DNA from: Mobula hypostoma | Lineage: Eukaryota | Length of the DNA stretch: 60,000 nt | Direction of reading: 5' to 3' | NCBI RefSeq assembly: GCF_963921235.1 | Contig: NC_086109.1 | Location: 24,058,001-24,118,000 of the forward strand | Shown: positions 12,461 through 25,189 of the stretch, one piece after another | Layout of the letters: every line of letters starts with the position of its first letter | How positions within the stretch are numbered: position 1 is the first letter of the stretch | Translations under genes and position numbers: made by a program | Notes under the pieces: generated by a model | Seen by the model: the letters and a program-made list of their open reading frames with translations, nothing else | Told to the model about the DNA's origin: nothing | The model's database searches: none

Positions 12461-13618
12461 ATACCAACTTAGAATCAATCATCAACATTTCAGACCAAAG
12501 CAAAATTACACAGATATTGGAAATATGAAATAGAAACAGAAACCACTAGTAATCTCAGGTATCAAGGATCACCTATGGATTGATGGATTTAATGCTTCAG
12601 AGTGATGACCTTACAACATTTTCAGTTTTTGGATATTTTTCTGTTTTTATATTAGCAAATTTGTATCGCATTGCCTCAATTAACGTTGTACTGACACTGA
12701 AAATACATTTCACCCTAACTTTGTGTTGGATTCTAAACTTCCATTTGCCTACTAACCCCTTGGCATAGCTATAATTTCAGCAGAAATTGTGTGAGGCCTC
12801 TAAAGCTCTTGATGTTGACCATTCCACCTATCAGAAGTAACCAGGCATATTGTCCTCATTAATGGCCCATTTTCCTTTGCTCACATACACTGTACTACTC
12901 TCAGGTGTATACACAACATGAGCAGCAAACACTCCACTCACATCTCTCAGGGCTGACCTGGTGTGTGCCTAGAATACACCCATGGATCTGCACCAGATGG
13001 CACGTGCACAACCATTGTGCAGAGGACCAGCTCCTCACACAGAACCAAGAATAGGAATACTTCTGCAATCTGGAAGCCATTACACATTTTAACAGACAGG
13101 TGTGAACACAAGGATCTGACTGTGAGGGTCGTGGGCCAGACTTGGGAAATCTTTGAATAGTTATTCATCTTACGCAAAAAAATTCTTTGGATCTTTTTCT
13201 AATTTTGGCTTTGTAAATTTTGTTCTCATCAAAGTTTGAAATGTTCACAGTGGTGACTCCAAAGTTTTCACATTTTATGCAGCCACATGTATTAAACAGT
13301 CCTAGGTCAGCTACAATATGGGATAAAATCCTTGCAATGTAGAAACTGTTCCATCAAACAATCCCAAGTCACAAATTCTAAGGGTTAGATACAGTGTAAT
13401 GCTATCACTGTAATATGTTTTGGTAATACTTGCATAAAAGCATCTTTAACTTTTTGGTTTCCCACAGGCAATTCTTTTAATTTTCAACTCCATAACCCAA
13501 TTAAACTCCTAAATCTCCTGCATCCAATCTCATCATCTACGAAATGCTCATTTGTCATGGGATTAATATCTGGTTGAGAGAAAGGCCCATTACTGCTATG
13601 GGCTTATTAGACCAGACA

Positions 13619-16120
13619 GAAACATAAGACATAGGAGCAGAATTAGGCCATTTGGCCCATTAAGTCTGCTTCACCATTTCATCATGGCTGATCCATTTCT
13701 CTCACAAACCCCATTCTCCTGCCTTTTCCCCATAACCTATTACACCCTGACTAATCAAGAACCTACCAACATCTGCCTTACATACATTCAATGACCTGGC
13801 CTCCACAGCCGCCTGTCACACAGATGCACCAAACTCTTGTTAAGGAAATTCCTCCTAATCTCCATTCCAAATCTATTCTGTGGCTGTGCCCTCGGGTAAT
13901 AGATTCTCCCACCAAAGGAAATGTTCTTTCCACATCTACTCTGTCTTGGCTTTTCAATATACCATAGGTTTCAATACGATCTCCCCTCGTTCTTCTAAAT
14001 TCCAACGAGTAAAGGCCTAAAGCCATCAATCGCTCCTCATACAATAAGCCTCTCATTCCTGGAATCTTTCTTGTGAACCTCTTTGAACCCTCTCCAATGT
14101 CAAGGCATCCTTTCTTAAATAAGGGGCCCACAATACTACAACTGAGGACTCACTAGTGCCTTATAAAGCTTCAGCATTACATCCTTGTTTATATATTCCA
14201 ATCCTCTTGAAACGAATGATAACATAGCATTTCCCTTCCTCACCACCGACTCAACTGCAAATTAACTTTTAGGGAATCCTGTATATGGACTCCTGAATCC
14301 CTTTGCACCTTGGATTTTTGAATTTTCTCCCCATTTAGAAAATAGTCTCTGTTTTTATACCTTCTACCAAAGCGCATGACCATACACTTCCCTGCAATGT
14401 ATTCCATCTGCCACCTCTTTGCCCATTTTCCTAAACTGTCCTCTGCAGCCTCTCTGCTTCCTCAGCACGACCTGCTCCTCCACCCATGTTCGTATCATCC
14501 ACAAACTTGGCCACAAAGCCATCAATTCCGTCATCCAAATCCACGATGTACAACACTGTAATCCCAACACTGACCCTTGCAGAACTCCACTAGTCACTAG
14601 CAGCCAATCAGATAATTCCTCAAATAATTCTAACAGATTTATCAGACAAAATTTTCCCTCAAGGAAATCATGCTAACATTGGTCTTTTTTATCACGTGCC
14701 TCCAAATACCCTGAGACCTCATCGTTAGCAATTGACTCCAACAACTTCCCAGCCACTGAGGCCAGGCTAACTGGCCTATAATTCTGTTTCTTTTGCCTCT
14801 CTCCCTTCTTGAAGAGTGGAGTGACATCTCCAATTTCCTTGTCCTCTGGAACCATTCCAGAATCTAGCAATCATTACTAACACCTCCACAATCTCTTTAG
14901 CTACCTCTTACAGAACCCTGGAGTGTAAGCCATCTGATCCAAGTGACTTATCTACCTTCAATCCTTTCAGCCACCCAAACACCTTCTCCCTAGTAATAGC
15001 AGCTGCAATTACTTCTGCCCCCTGACACTCACAAACTTCCGGCATAGTGCTGGTGTCTTCCACAGTGAAGACTGATGCAAAATACTCATTCAGTTTGGTT
15101 GCCATTTCCTTGTCCCCCATTACTACCTCTCCAGCATCAATTTCCAGCAGTCCATTATCTACTCCTACCTCTCTTTTATTAGGGCATCCATTAGTCTTGC
15201 GAGACCATGGATCTGCGCCTGGAAGGTCTTCACTCTCCAGGGCACAGGCCTGGGCAAGTTTGTATGGGAGACCAGCAGTTGCCCATGCTGCAAGTCTCCC
15301 CTCTCTATGACACCGATGTTGTCCAAGGGAAGGGCATTAGGACCCATACAGCTTGGCACCAGTGTCGTCGCAGAGCACTGTGTGATTTTAAGTGCCATGC
15401 TCAAGGACACAACATGCTGCCTCAGCTGGGGCTCGAACCCACGACCTTCAGATCGCTAGTTGAACACCTTAACCACTTGGCCACGTGCCCACACTTCTCT
15501 TTTACTCTTTATATATCTGAATAAACCTTCGGTATCTTCTTTGATATTATCGGCTAGCTTGCTTTCTTATTTCAACTTTTTCCCCCCTTATGGCTTTTTT
15601 AGTTGCCTTCTGTTGGTTTTTAAAAGTTTCGCAATCTTCTACCTTCCTACTAATCTATTATGTGCCTTCTCTTTGCCGTTTATGTTGGCTTTGACCTCCT
15701 TCATCAACCATGGTTGTGTCATCCTGTCTTTAGAATACTTCTTCTTCTTTGGGATGTATCTATCATGCACCTTCTAAATTGCTCCCAGAAACCGCAGTCA
15801 TTACTGCTCTGCTATCACCCTTGCTAGTGTCCTCTTCCAAGCTCCCTCATGTCTCTGTAATTCCCTTTACTCCACTGTAATGTTGATACATCTGACTTTA
15901 GCTTCTCTTTCTCAAATTGCAGGGCGAATTCTATCATATTTTAATCATTGCCTACTAAAAGTTCCTTTACCTTAAGCTCCCTCATCAAATCCAGTTCATT
16001 ACACAATACCCAATCCATGACTATCATAACGTTGCTCTTTTGTCGTGTCTTTTCTATCTCCCATCATAACTTGTAGACTACATCTTGGTTTGTTTGGAGA
16101 GCTATATATAACTACCATCA
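13619..16120 (-). mobile_element. CR1 LINE relic (~2.2 kb) interrupted by a SINE
   Basis: [51 protein letters not shown]; 3' tail cataagacataggagcaga. Confidence 0.9.
15179..15495 (-). mobile_element. Young tRNA-derived SINE inserted in CR1
   Basis: Minus-strand head gtgggcacgtggccaagtggttaagg (A box) ... ggttcgagccc (B box), then a gtgtccttgagc core; 9-bp TSD tctctttta at 15170-15178 and 15496-15504. Confidence 0.85.
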
Positions 16121-16914
16121 GGAACTGGTTCACGCATGGATGTCGAGATTTGTTGCTGATAGTGAATCAGATGATTAAATCATGAATATTACTGGTCAGT
16201 AGGAGGCTACTTAGTCCATCAACCAAAGCATTTCAGGTCATGACAAATAACAGTATAAAAGTATGTTCCTTGTATCGCCTTTGGTTTTGTGGTTATATGC
16301 AGTAAACCTGTCTACGACTGCCAAAAATTGGTCCTTATTTACTCAATCAATACCGTGATTAATCTTAAACTTGTCTATCAAATCTTCTCTTAACATTCTA
16401 AGCAGCAGAAAGAATATTCCTGTATTCTCTACTCTCTTCACACAACTGAGGTATTCCATCCCTGGTACAATTCCAATAAATTCTTCTGCCAGCCTCCATA
16501 ATCCTTACCCTTTCCATAAGTGTGGTACTCATAAGGAAGCTTCTAACTGAGGTTTAGCCACCATTTTATAAAAGTTTACCATATTGATGGCGTAACCTTT
16601 GCATAGCCAAGATTTTGAACCAAGCATTAAACTCTGTATTATGTTGCTACGAAGCTAAAGCAGTGCTTTGTGTTCTGTGAAGTCCATGTGTTAGCTCGTT
16701 TGTGTAATAGTTACTCCCACATTAAAAGAAATTATGCACAGATAACTTCTCCTCTACCACTCAGGAAGCGATCAAATTCTTATGAACTATTAATCCAAAA
16801 CAGTATCTATCAAGTACTAAACTGAGCCTTACCAGTGATCAGTGGAGCTGAGAAGATCTTAAGAGAGCAAAACCAGTTATTCTTGGGTGAAAGAATGAGA
16901 GGACGTGTGTGTTT

Positions 16915-17435
16915 TACAGAACATAGCGTAGGACAGTACAACACAGTATGGGCTATTCAGCTCACAATGTTGTGCCAATCTATGTAAACCTACTCCACGA
17001 TCATTCTAACCCTTCCCTCTTATAGAGCCCATAACTCTGTATTTTTCTTACATCCATGTACCTATCTAAGACAGACACATTATGTCCCTTTTGAATTTCT
17101 AGTACAAACTTTGGCAGGGTGTTGAAGACACTCATCACTCTCTGTAACCTACCTCTATCATCCCCCCCTAAACTTACCTGCACTCACCTTAAACTAAGGG
17201 TTCTGAACCTGATGTCCATGGACTGCTCGGCTAATGGTAGGGATCTGTGATATAAAAACGGTTGGGAACCCTTGCCTTATGTGCTTTAGTAGTAACTATT
17301 ACCACACTGGGGGAACAAGGTGCTGGCTGTCCACTCTATCTACACCTCTCGTACTGTTATACACCTCTATCAAGTTGCCTCTTATCCTCCTTCAATCTAA
17401 AGCGAAAAGCCCATGCTCACTCAACCTTTCCTCAT
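16915..17435 (-). mobile_element. CR1 3' fragment containing a hAT MITE
   Basis: Minus-strand LDRYMD motif and ctcaacctttcctcat; tail acagaacatag. Confidence 0.7.
17195..17274. mobile_element. ~80 bp hAT/Charlie-like MITE (inverted copy)
   Basis: aagggttctgaacct...gtccatggac...ggttgggaacccttg; flanks ccttaaac/ccttatgt. Confidence 0.7.
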
Positions 17436-17668
17436 GAGACAAGTGTTCACCTTTCAGCCCATTCAGCTAAACCATACCATAATACCAGTCGCAACCGAGA
17501 TTGGGATGCCGCCACAGTCAAATAGCCGTCTGTTCCCATTTGCTCTCACACACTTAGTTGCTGTACCAGGTGAGGAAAGTGCCAGTACCTTTTACTAAAA
17601 GGGGAAGGGTTGAAATGGTCACCTTCCCACCCAGTTCACCCAGCCAACAGTTACGGGGATGAACTTAC

Positions 17669-17797
17669 CTCTTTTGGCTGTTTGACAGTTTGCTGTTGTT
17701 GCTGCTGTTGTTGGTGCTGCTGTTGCTGCTGCTGTTGCTGTTGGGTTATCAGCTGTAGATGCAATTGTTCCTGTTGCTTCTTGTAATACTCCTGAAG
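17669..17797 (-). CDS. FOXP4: FOXP4 next internal coding exon, 129 bp, phase 0-0, with polyQ tract
   Basis: Translates LQEYYKKQQEQLHLQLITQQQQQQQQQHQQQQQQQQTVKQPKE; acceptor ttccattccgtaacag and donor gtaagt. LQEYYKK and QPKE are FOXP4-type, and the exon is in frame with the preceding one. The ORF track shows a different frame here. Confidence 0.93.
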
Positions 17798-19039
17798 CTG
17801 TTACGGAATGGAAGGCAGTGAGGTGACGGCAGAGAATGAGGGAGGGAGGACAGTTAGAGGGGGCAGGGGGAAAACAGAAGACAGAAAACACAAAGAATCT
17901 CAGTCAGGGTAAAAAAAAAATCCCCACAGATGAAGCAATCAGAAAATTAATATCAGAACAATAGCCAGCATACAGTGCAAACTTCACTGCTATTCTGCGT
18001 TAGACAACACCAATTAAATTCTCGGTGGAAAGTTAATTATCTGTCAGTGCAATCCTACAGGGTCTGTGGGATCATTGTGTGCTGGTGACATGTAGATGAG
18101 GAGCCTGTAAAATACTGCTTGGGATGACTGCTATGTTTAGAAGGATCCAAGAAATATATTAATTTAGATTGGTGACTCGTTTAAAGTGAAAGCAACTGAT
18201 TATACAAGTACAGGGCAGCATGCGTGCGTCAACACCGACTGAATTAACTCTTCTCATTTTCATTCCTTGTCGGCTTGCAGGAAGTCTACTTGCTGAACAG
18301 GAGAAGGCCATTCAGTCCTTTGTCTCTGTTCTATCATTCAATTAGATGATGGCGGCTGTACATCTTAACTCCAACTACCTGACTCGGTTCCACGTTCTTT
18401 AACATCCTGCAGCTGAAGAGAATTTATAAAGCAGACTGAGGGAATTTTCAACTGACTCCCCACCCCAACAGATTTTTTGGGGATTGGTATCTTTCACATG
18501 AATCATGTCGGCCAGAATGGCCCAGCTTCTATCCTGTTATTCAACCCACAACAGCCTTCCACTTTGTCTTGGAATCCCCCATCAGAAGAAATACTGCCCT
18601 ATTTACCATAATTAGATCACCCCTTAATCATCAACATTTAAGATATACAGGTCTGTTCTGTGCATCCTGTCCTTATAATTTATCTATTTTTTTTAGTTCT
18701 GCTACAATGCTAATGAATGCATCTTATTTGGAAGTTTGCCAGCACATTTTCATTCCTCAAAACATGTTCCTTGTCCTCAGTGGAGAGAATTTCTTCCCTT
18801 TTTATCATGATATATATTGATCTCCAACTTCTCCACTTCTGTCATTGCCAGACTTGTATTCTGCTGAGATTGCTGCACTCAGGTTCCCCAGGTTAACTTC
18901 GAGGACTCTGCTTTGTTAGCATTACTGCTAGGGAAGCTGCCACAACACTATTAGAGGGGAAGGATGGGAAGAGTAAGGAGTTGGGGCAAAGAAGGGGACA
19001 CTCTGTATTGCTTTCCAGCTCCTGACTGGCACAGAGCTG

Positions 19040-19375
19040 CAGCTGATAGGGCTGGTGCTGTCTTGCAGCTCAGGTGACCCAAGTTCGATCCTAGCCCCTG
19101 GAACTGTTGGTGTCGAGCTTGCATGTTCCACCTGGGACCACGTGTGTTTCCCCTGGGTTCTCCCAGGTCCTCCCACATCCCTAAGACATGTGGGTTAATT
19201 GGTCTCTGTAAGTTGCCCTGAGCCTGCAGGTGAGTGGCAGATTCAGGACGAAGTAAGTTGATTGGAATGCAGGAAGAATAAAGTGAGATTAATATAGGAT
19301 GAGTGCATGTGGATGATCGATAGGTTGGCACGGATGGGCTAGAGGGCTTGTTTTGGTTTTGAATGACTCCATGAC
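19040..19375 (+). mobile_element. tRNA-derived V-SINE/HE1-like element
   Basis: gttcgatcc B box, ttgcatgttc...cctcccacatccctaagacatgtgggttaattgg body, CR1-like tail. Confidence 0.75.
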
Positions 19376-19439
19376 ATGAGTGCTGGGTTTCTGTCTAGCA
19401 TTGATGGCCTCCTGACGTCGCTATTGAGAGAAATAAATA

Positions 19440-19890
19440 GGCGACATTCCCTAACTTTTAGTAATTGAATCCTCCTGCCCTTTACTCTTTTTCTGTTCCC
19501 CATTCTGGCTCCCCTCTTACCCTTTCTCTTCTCCTCAGATGTCCATCACTTCCCTCTGGTGCCCCTCCTCCTTTCTCTTCACCGCCCACTATCCTTTCCT
19601 ATCAGATTCCTTCTTCTTCTTCAGTCCCTTACCCTTCCACCTATCACCACCCAGCTTTTAACTTTGCCCCTCCCCCAAGCACACCCCATGCTCCTCAGCT
19701 GGTTTCTCCTATCGCCTGCAGGCTTGTATTCCTTACCCTTCCCTCCACCACCGTTTTTTTTCTGATTTCTTCACCCTTCTTTTCCATTTCTGACGAAGGG
19801 TCTTGACCTAAAATGTCGACTGTTTATTCCTCGCCATAGATGCTGCCTGACCTACTGAGCTCCTCCAGCACTTTGTGTGTATTGCTCACA
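19440..19890 (+). mobile_element. Penelope terminal-repeat-derived element with decayed hammerhead motif
   Basis: tctgacgaagggtcttgacctaaaatgtcgactgt at ~19789-19823, followed by tagatgctgcctgacc...ctccagca. Confidence 0.8.
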
Positions 19891-20203
19891 TTCCCATTGG
19901 ATTCTCTGGAATTGTACGCAGTGAGGTCCGGTGTGAGGCAGAGTGCTCCCAAGTCAGAGCCACAGCTGACCCCAGACTTGCAGCTTAAGGATTAGCAATG
20001 ACGAGAGTCCCACTGACACTCACCAGGTTAAATGAGAATTCTCTGGCAAAGCAGCTGTCAGGACTCAGAGGCCTGATGTAGCCCGATGACTGATTAGTAC
20101 CAAAGAACAAACAGAAGCTGCTGACTGAGCACAATGCAGTATTGGTGCCACAGGGCCTGTCTCACACAGCACTCCCCTGCATAACGTGCGGCATGCTGCT
20201 TAC

Positions 20204-20326
20204 CTGCTGTAACATGACGGCCTGCTGCTGTTGCAATAGGGCTTGCAGCTGGGGAGGGGACAGGATCTGCTGCATCTGCTGCGGGGTGATCACCTGTGGA
20301 TTCATCATGGCCACTGACACGGGCAC
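20204..20326 (-). CDS. FOXP4: FOXP4 internal coding exon (N-terminal Q-rich region), 123 bp, phase 0-0
   Basis: Translates [41 protein letters not shown]; acceptor ttctctgcttgcag and donor gtaagc. The ILSPPQLQ junction, lacking the QQQVL insert of FOXP1/FOXP2, is FOXP4-type. Confidence 0.93.
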
Positions 20327-20839
20327 CTGCAAGCAGAGAAAGAACAACTTACATTTAATAGAGAGTTCCGAATCATAAAGGGTTTAGACAGCTTGGTGGG
20401 GATAGAAGTGTGCCCAGTGGCAGGACGGTCAGTAACCAGAAGGCATCAATTTAAGACAAATTTCAGGAGAGCCACAGGAGAGGGGAGATTTATTTTGTAC
20501 TGTCTAAGAGTGAAAACGGGTACAAGAATAACTTTCTTGAGGAAATAGGATAAATTCTTGAAGGGGAAAAACGTGTTAAGGACTGAGGCAAAAGAACTTG
20601 TTTGCTATAGCCTTCAATAAATAGTGCACGTGTCATGGAAGAAGGAAGCAGAGACAAAACAAAGGTAGGAAAGAGGAAAAAGTGACAGATTAACAGATCC
20701 CTGGCCAAATCCTGTTCAAATTTAAAGAGATATTTGCAATAAATAGAGTATAGTAAGGGTTTATTGAGCATATTCAATGAGGGGCAATGAAGCAGTCAAT
20801 ACCCAATCTCTCCAGAGTTTAGAAAAATCAACAGTGATT

Positions 20840-21720
20840 TCAAGGTTTAAAGTTCAAAGTAAATATATTATTAAAGTACATATATGTTACTATATACAAC
20901 CCCAAGATTCATTTTCTTGTGGGCATACTCAATAAATCTATAGAATAATAACCTTAACAGAATTAATGAAAGACTGCCCAACTTGGACATTCAACCAGAG
21001 TGCAGAAGATAATGAACTGTGCAAATACAAAAAGGAAGAAATAATAAATAAATAAATAAATAAATAAACCAAACAATAAATACTGAGAACATGAGACGAA
21101 GAGTCCTGGGAAGTAATTCCATTGATTGTGGGATCATTTCAATGATTGGGCAAGTGAAGTTGAGTGAAGTTATCACCTTTGTTTCAAGGGGGGTAGTAAC
21201 TGTTCTTGACCTGGAGGTGTGAGTCCTGAGGCTCTTGTACCCTCTTCCTAATGGCAGTAATGAGAAGAGAGCATGTCCTGGGTGATGGGGGTCCCTGATG
21301 ACAGATGCTGCTTTGCTGCGACAGCGTTTCATGTAGATGTGCTCAGTGCTTGGGAGGGCTTTACCCTTGACAGACTGGGCCGCATCCACTACTTTTGTAG
21401 GATTTTCCATTCAAGGACATTGGTCTTTCCATACCAGGCTGTGATGCAGCCAGTCAATGTACTCTCTTCTACCCATCTACAGTAGTTGTCAAAGTTCTAG
21501 ATGTCATTCCGAATCTCTAAGGAAGTAGAGGCGCTATTATGCTTTCTTCCTAATTGCACTTGTGTGCTGGGCCCAGGACAGATCCTCCAATATACTAACA
21601 ACCAAGGAATTATAAAGCTGCTGGCCCTCTCCCCCTCTGATTCTCCAATGAAAAACGGCTCATGAACCTCTGGTTTTCCCAGAAGTCAATAATCAGCTCC
21701 TTGGCCTTGTTGAAATTGAG
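20840..21720 (-). mobile_element. Rex1/Babar-type LINE 3' portion
   Basis: KVVDAAQSVKGKALPSTEHIYMKRCRSKAASVIRDPHHPGHALFSLLPLGRGYKSL is the Rex/Babar ORF2 C-terminus; (aaat)n inside the 3' UTR. Confidence 0.85.
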
Positions 21721-22465
21721 TTTAAAATTTCATTGAAAAGTATAAAATTTTCATGGGTTTTTAAGGCTAGAAGTAGGGATGATAATTTGCCCTGGTTGGA
21801 TTGTCCAGAAATGTGAGTCATGGTTCCAAACTAACAGGGTTGCCATTGAATAAATTCCCAAGATGGTAGTGGATCTCTTGAGAAACTGCTGCCCATTTGG
21901 ACTGTGGAAGCTCAGTTGCTGATATATTAACAGAGAGAGAGAGAAGAATCCATAGATCTTTGAATATTGAGGGAATCAAGAGGTGGTTCATTCTGGTAGG
22001 TCAAATATAATGGCAGAGTATAGTATTAGCGGTAAGACTCTTGGCAGTGTGGAGGATCAGAGGGATCTTGGGGTCCGAGTCCATAGGACACTCAAAGCTG
22101 CTGCGCAGGTTGACTCTATGGTTAAGAAGGCATATAGTGCATTGGCCTTCATCAATCATGGGAATGAGTTTAAGAGCTGAGAGGTAATGTTATAGCTATA
22201 TAGAACCCTGGTCAGACCCCACTTGGAGTACTGTGCTCAGTTCTGGTCACCTCACTACAAGATGGATATGGAAACTATAGACAGGGTGCAGAGGAGATTT
22301 ACAAGGATGTTGCCTGGATTGGGGAGCATGCCTTATGAGAATAGGTTGAGTGAAATTGGCCTTTTTTCCTCGGAGCGATGGAAGATGAGAAGAGACTTGA
22401 TAGAGTTGTATAAGATGATGAGAGGTATTGATTGTGTGGATAGTCAGAAGCTTTTTCCCAGCGCT

Positions 22466-24164
22466 TTGGTATTCACCAATGAGAGGGAATGATGATGGTG
22501 AGAACAATATGAGTGAGGTTGATGTTCTGGAGCATGTTGATATTAAGGGAGAGGAGGTGTTGCAGTTGTTAAAATACATTAGGACAGATAAGTCCCCGGG
22601 GCCTGACTGAATATTCCCCAGGCTGCTCCACGAGGCAAGAGAAGAGATTGCTGAGCCTCTGGCTAGGATCTTTATGTCCTCGTTGTCCACGGGAATGGTA
22701 CCGGAGGATTGAAGGGAGGCAAATGTTGTCCCGTTGTTCAAAAAAGGTAGTAGGGATAGTCTGGGTAATTATAGACCAGTGAGCCTTACGTTTGTGGTGG
22801 GAAAGGTGTTGGAAAAGACTCTTAGAGATAGGATCTATAGGCATTTAGAGAATCATGGTCTGATCAGGGACAGTCAGCATGGTTTTGTGAAGGGCAGATC
22901 GTGTCTAACAAGCCTGATAGAGTTCTTTGAGGAGGTGACCGGGCACATAGATGAGGGTAGTGCAGTGGATGTGATCTATATGGATTTTAGTAAGGCATTT
23001 GACAAGGTTCCACATGGTAGGCTTATACAGAAAGTTAGAAGGCATGGGATCCAGGGATGTTTGGCCAGGTGGATCCAGGGAAGTTTGGCCAGGTGGATTC
23101 AGAATTGGCTTGCCTGCAGAAGGCAGAGGGTGGTGGTGGAGGGAGTACATTCAAATTGGAGGATTGTGACTAGTGGTGTCCCACAAGGATCTGTTCTGGG
23201 ACCTCTACTTTTCGTGATTTTTATTAACGACCTGGATGTGGGGGGTAGAAGGTTGGGTTGGCAAGTTTGCAGATGACACAAAGGTTGGTGGTGTTGTAGA
23301 TAGTGTAGAGGATTGTCAAAGATTGCAGAGAGACATTGATAGGATGCAGAAGTGGGCTGAGAAGTGGCAGATGGAGTTCAACCCAGAGGAGTGTGAGGTG
23401 GTACACTTTGGAAGGACAAAGTCCAAGGCAGAGTACAAAGTAAATGGCAGGATACTTGATAGTGTGGAGGAGCAGAGGGATCTCGGGGTACATGTCCACA
23501 GATCCCTGAAAGTTGCCTCACAGGTGGATAGGGTAGTTAAGAAAGCTTATGTGGTGTTAGCTTTCATAAGTCGAGGGATAGAGTTTAAGAGTCGCAATGT
23601 AATGATGCAGCTCTATAAAACTCTGATTAGGCCACACTTGGAGTACTGTGTCCAGTTCTGGTCACCTCACTATAGGAAGGATGTGGAAGCATTGGAAAGG
23701 GTACAGAGGAGATTTACCAGGATGCTGCCTGGTTTAGAAAGTATGCATTATGATCAGAGATTAAGGGAGCTAGGGCTTTACTCTTTGGAGAGAAGGAGGA
23801 TGAGAGGAGACATGATAGAGGTGTACAAGATAACAAGAGGAATAGATAGAGTGGATAGCCAGCGCCTCTTCCCCGGGGCACCACTGCTCAATACAAGAGG
23901 ACATGGCTATAAGGTAAGGGGTGGGAAGTTCAAGGGGGATATTAGAGGAAGGTTTTTTACTCAGAGAGTGGTTGGTGCGTGGAATGCACTGCCTGAGTCA
24001 GTGGTGGAGGCAGATACACTAGTGAGGTTTAAGAGACTACTAGACAGGTATATGGAGGAATTTAAGGTGGAGGATTATATGGGAGGCAGGGTTTGAGGGT
24101 CGGCACAACATTGTGGGCCGAAGGGCTTGTACTATGCTGTACTATTCTATGTTCTATGTTCTAT
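22466..24164 (+). mobile_element. Young 5'-truncated CR1 LINE with nearly intact RT region
   Basis: ORFs 22734-23276 and 23236-24096: [52 protein letters not shown]; (ttctatg)n tail ending at 24164. Confidence 0.95.
22734..24096 (+). pseudogene. CR1 ORF2 reverse transcriptase domain, one frameshift at the G-run near 23240
   Basis: Two overlapping ORFs (180 and 286 aa) carry consecutive RT motifs; upstream in-frame stops and no endonuclease domain. Confidence 0.9.
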
Positions 24165-25189
24165 GAAATGGCTAACACAAGAGGGCACAGTTTTAATGTG
24201 CTTGGAAGTAGGTACAGAGGAGATGTGAGGAGTACGTTTTTTATGCAGAGAGTGCTGAGTGCGTGGAGTGGGCTGCTGGCAACGGTGGTGGAGGTAGATA
24301 CGATAGGGTCTTTTAGGAGACTGCTGGATAGGTACATGGAGCTTAGAAGAATAAAGGGCTATGGGTAACCCTAGGCTATTTCTAAATTAAGTACACGTTT
24401 AGCACGGCATTGTGGGCTGAAGGGCCTGTTTTGTGCTGTAGGTTTTCTATGTTTCTATTGGGTAAATAGGGTAAAGTGGAGTTGAGAGAAAAGATTAGCC
24501 CTGAGAAAACTGAGAGAGCAATACACTGTTGCAGGAACAGTGCTAAAGCAGCACAGCATTTTCAAAAGGGAAACAGTGAAGTTATATCGCACTGTTGGAG
24601 GGGCTTGACTCAAAGATTATTGTCAGAAGGCAAAGATGAGGAAAAGCTAATCTCTTCCTTCTGACAAAGTAATCTTTAAGTCATGCCACTTATTATATGT
24701 TATGTACAAATTATATAGCCAATTACACAATTTTAACCCAGACAAATGCAAAAGATGGCATAATGAAACAAATGTGCTGATAAACATATTTTGAAGGGAG
24801 TGCAGCTTTCCCTCGTGTCTGCCTTCTGACTTTGTACTTTTGATGAGAGGGTGAACCCCTCTAGAAACAGCACTGAAATGGCACTCCACTGTTGAGATGA
24901 GACACTAAACCAAGAATCTTCCAGCATTATTGGGGGTCAGTAACCCTTTACTGAAGGAAAGCATGAGAGTTCTCCCCTTTTTCCTCGCTACTCTTCATCC
25001 CTCAGCTGACATCACCAGACGGATTATCTGGTCAATATTAAATTACTATTTAACAATACTTCAATGGCTGCAGAATACTTTGATTGTCTTGACGTTGAGA
25101 ATGCACGATTTACGTACAAGTTTTTCTTCCCTTTTCAAATAAAGTAGAAACCTTAAAAAGGCTGAAGTGACTTAAAACTACAGTCCCCT

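Larger units (their letters stand above)
21980..24458 (+). mobile_element. CR1 3' fragment (host), split by a younger CR1
   Basis: 21980-22465 (...ctttttcccagcgct) rejoins 24165-24458 (gaaatggctaacacaagagggcacag...) to give a continuous CR1 C-terminus and tail. Confidence 0.85.

Noticed and set aside
15415..15492. tRNA-like sequence with A and B boxes
   Set aside because: It is the head of a SINE with a body, tail and TSD, not a tRNA gene.
17619..17891. ORF-track protein with a Thr/Ala-rich tract
   Set aside because: Wrong reading frame of the CAG/CAA-rich FOXP4 exon.
22734..24096. Reverse transcriptase as a novel host gene or system
   Set aside because: Standard 5'-truncated CR1 ORF2 with a frameshift and typical 3' tail; many decayed paralogues occur in the window.
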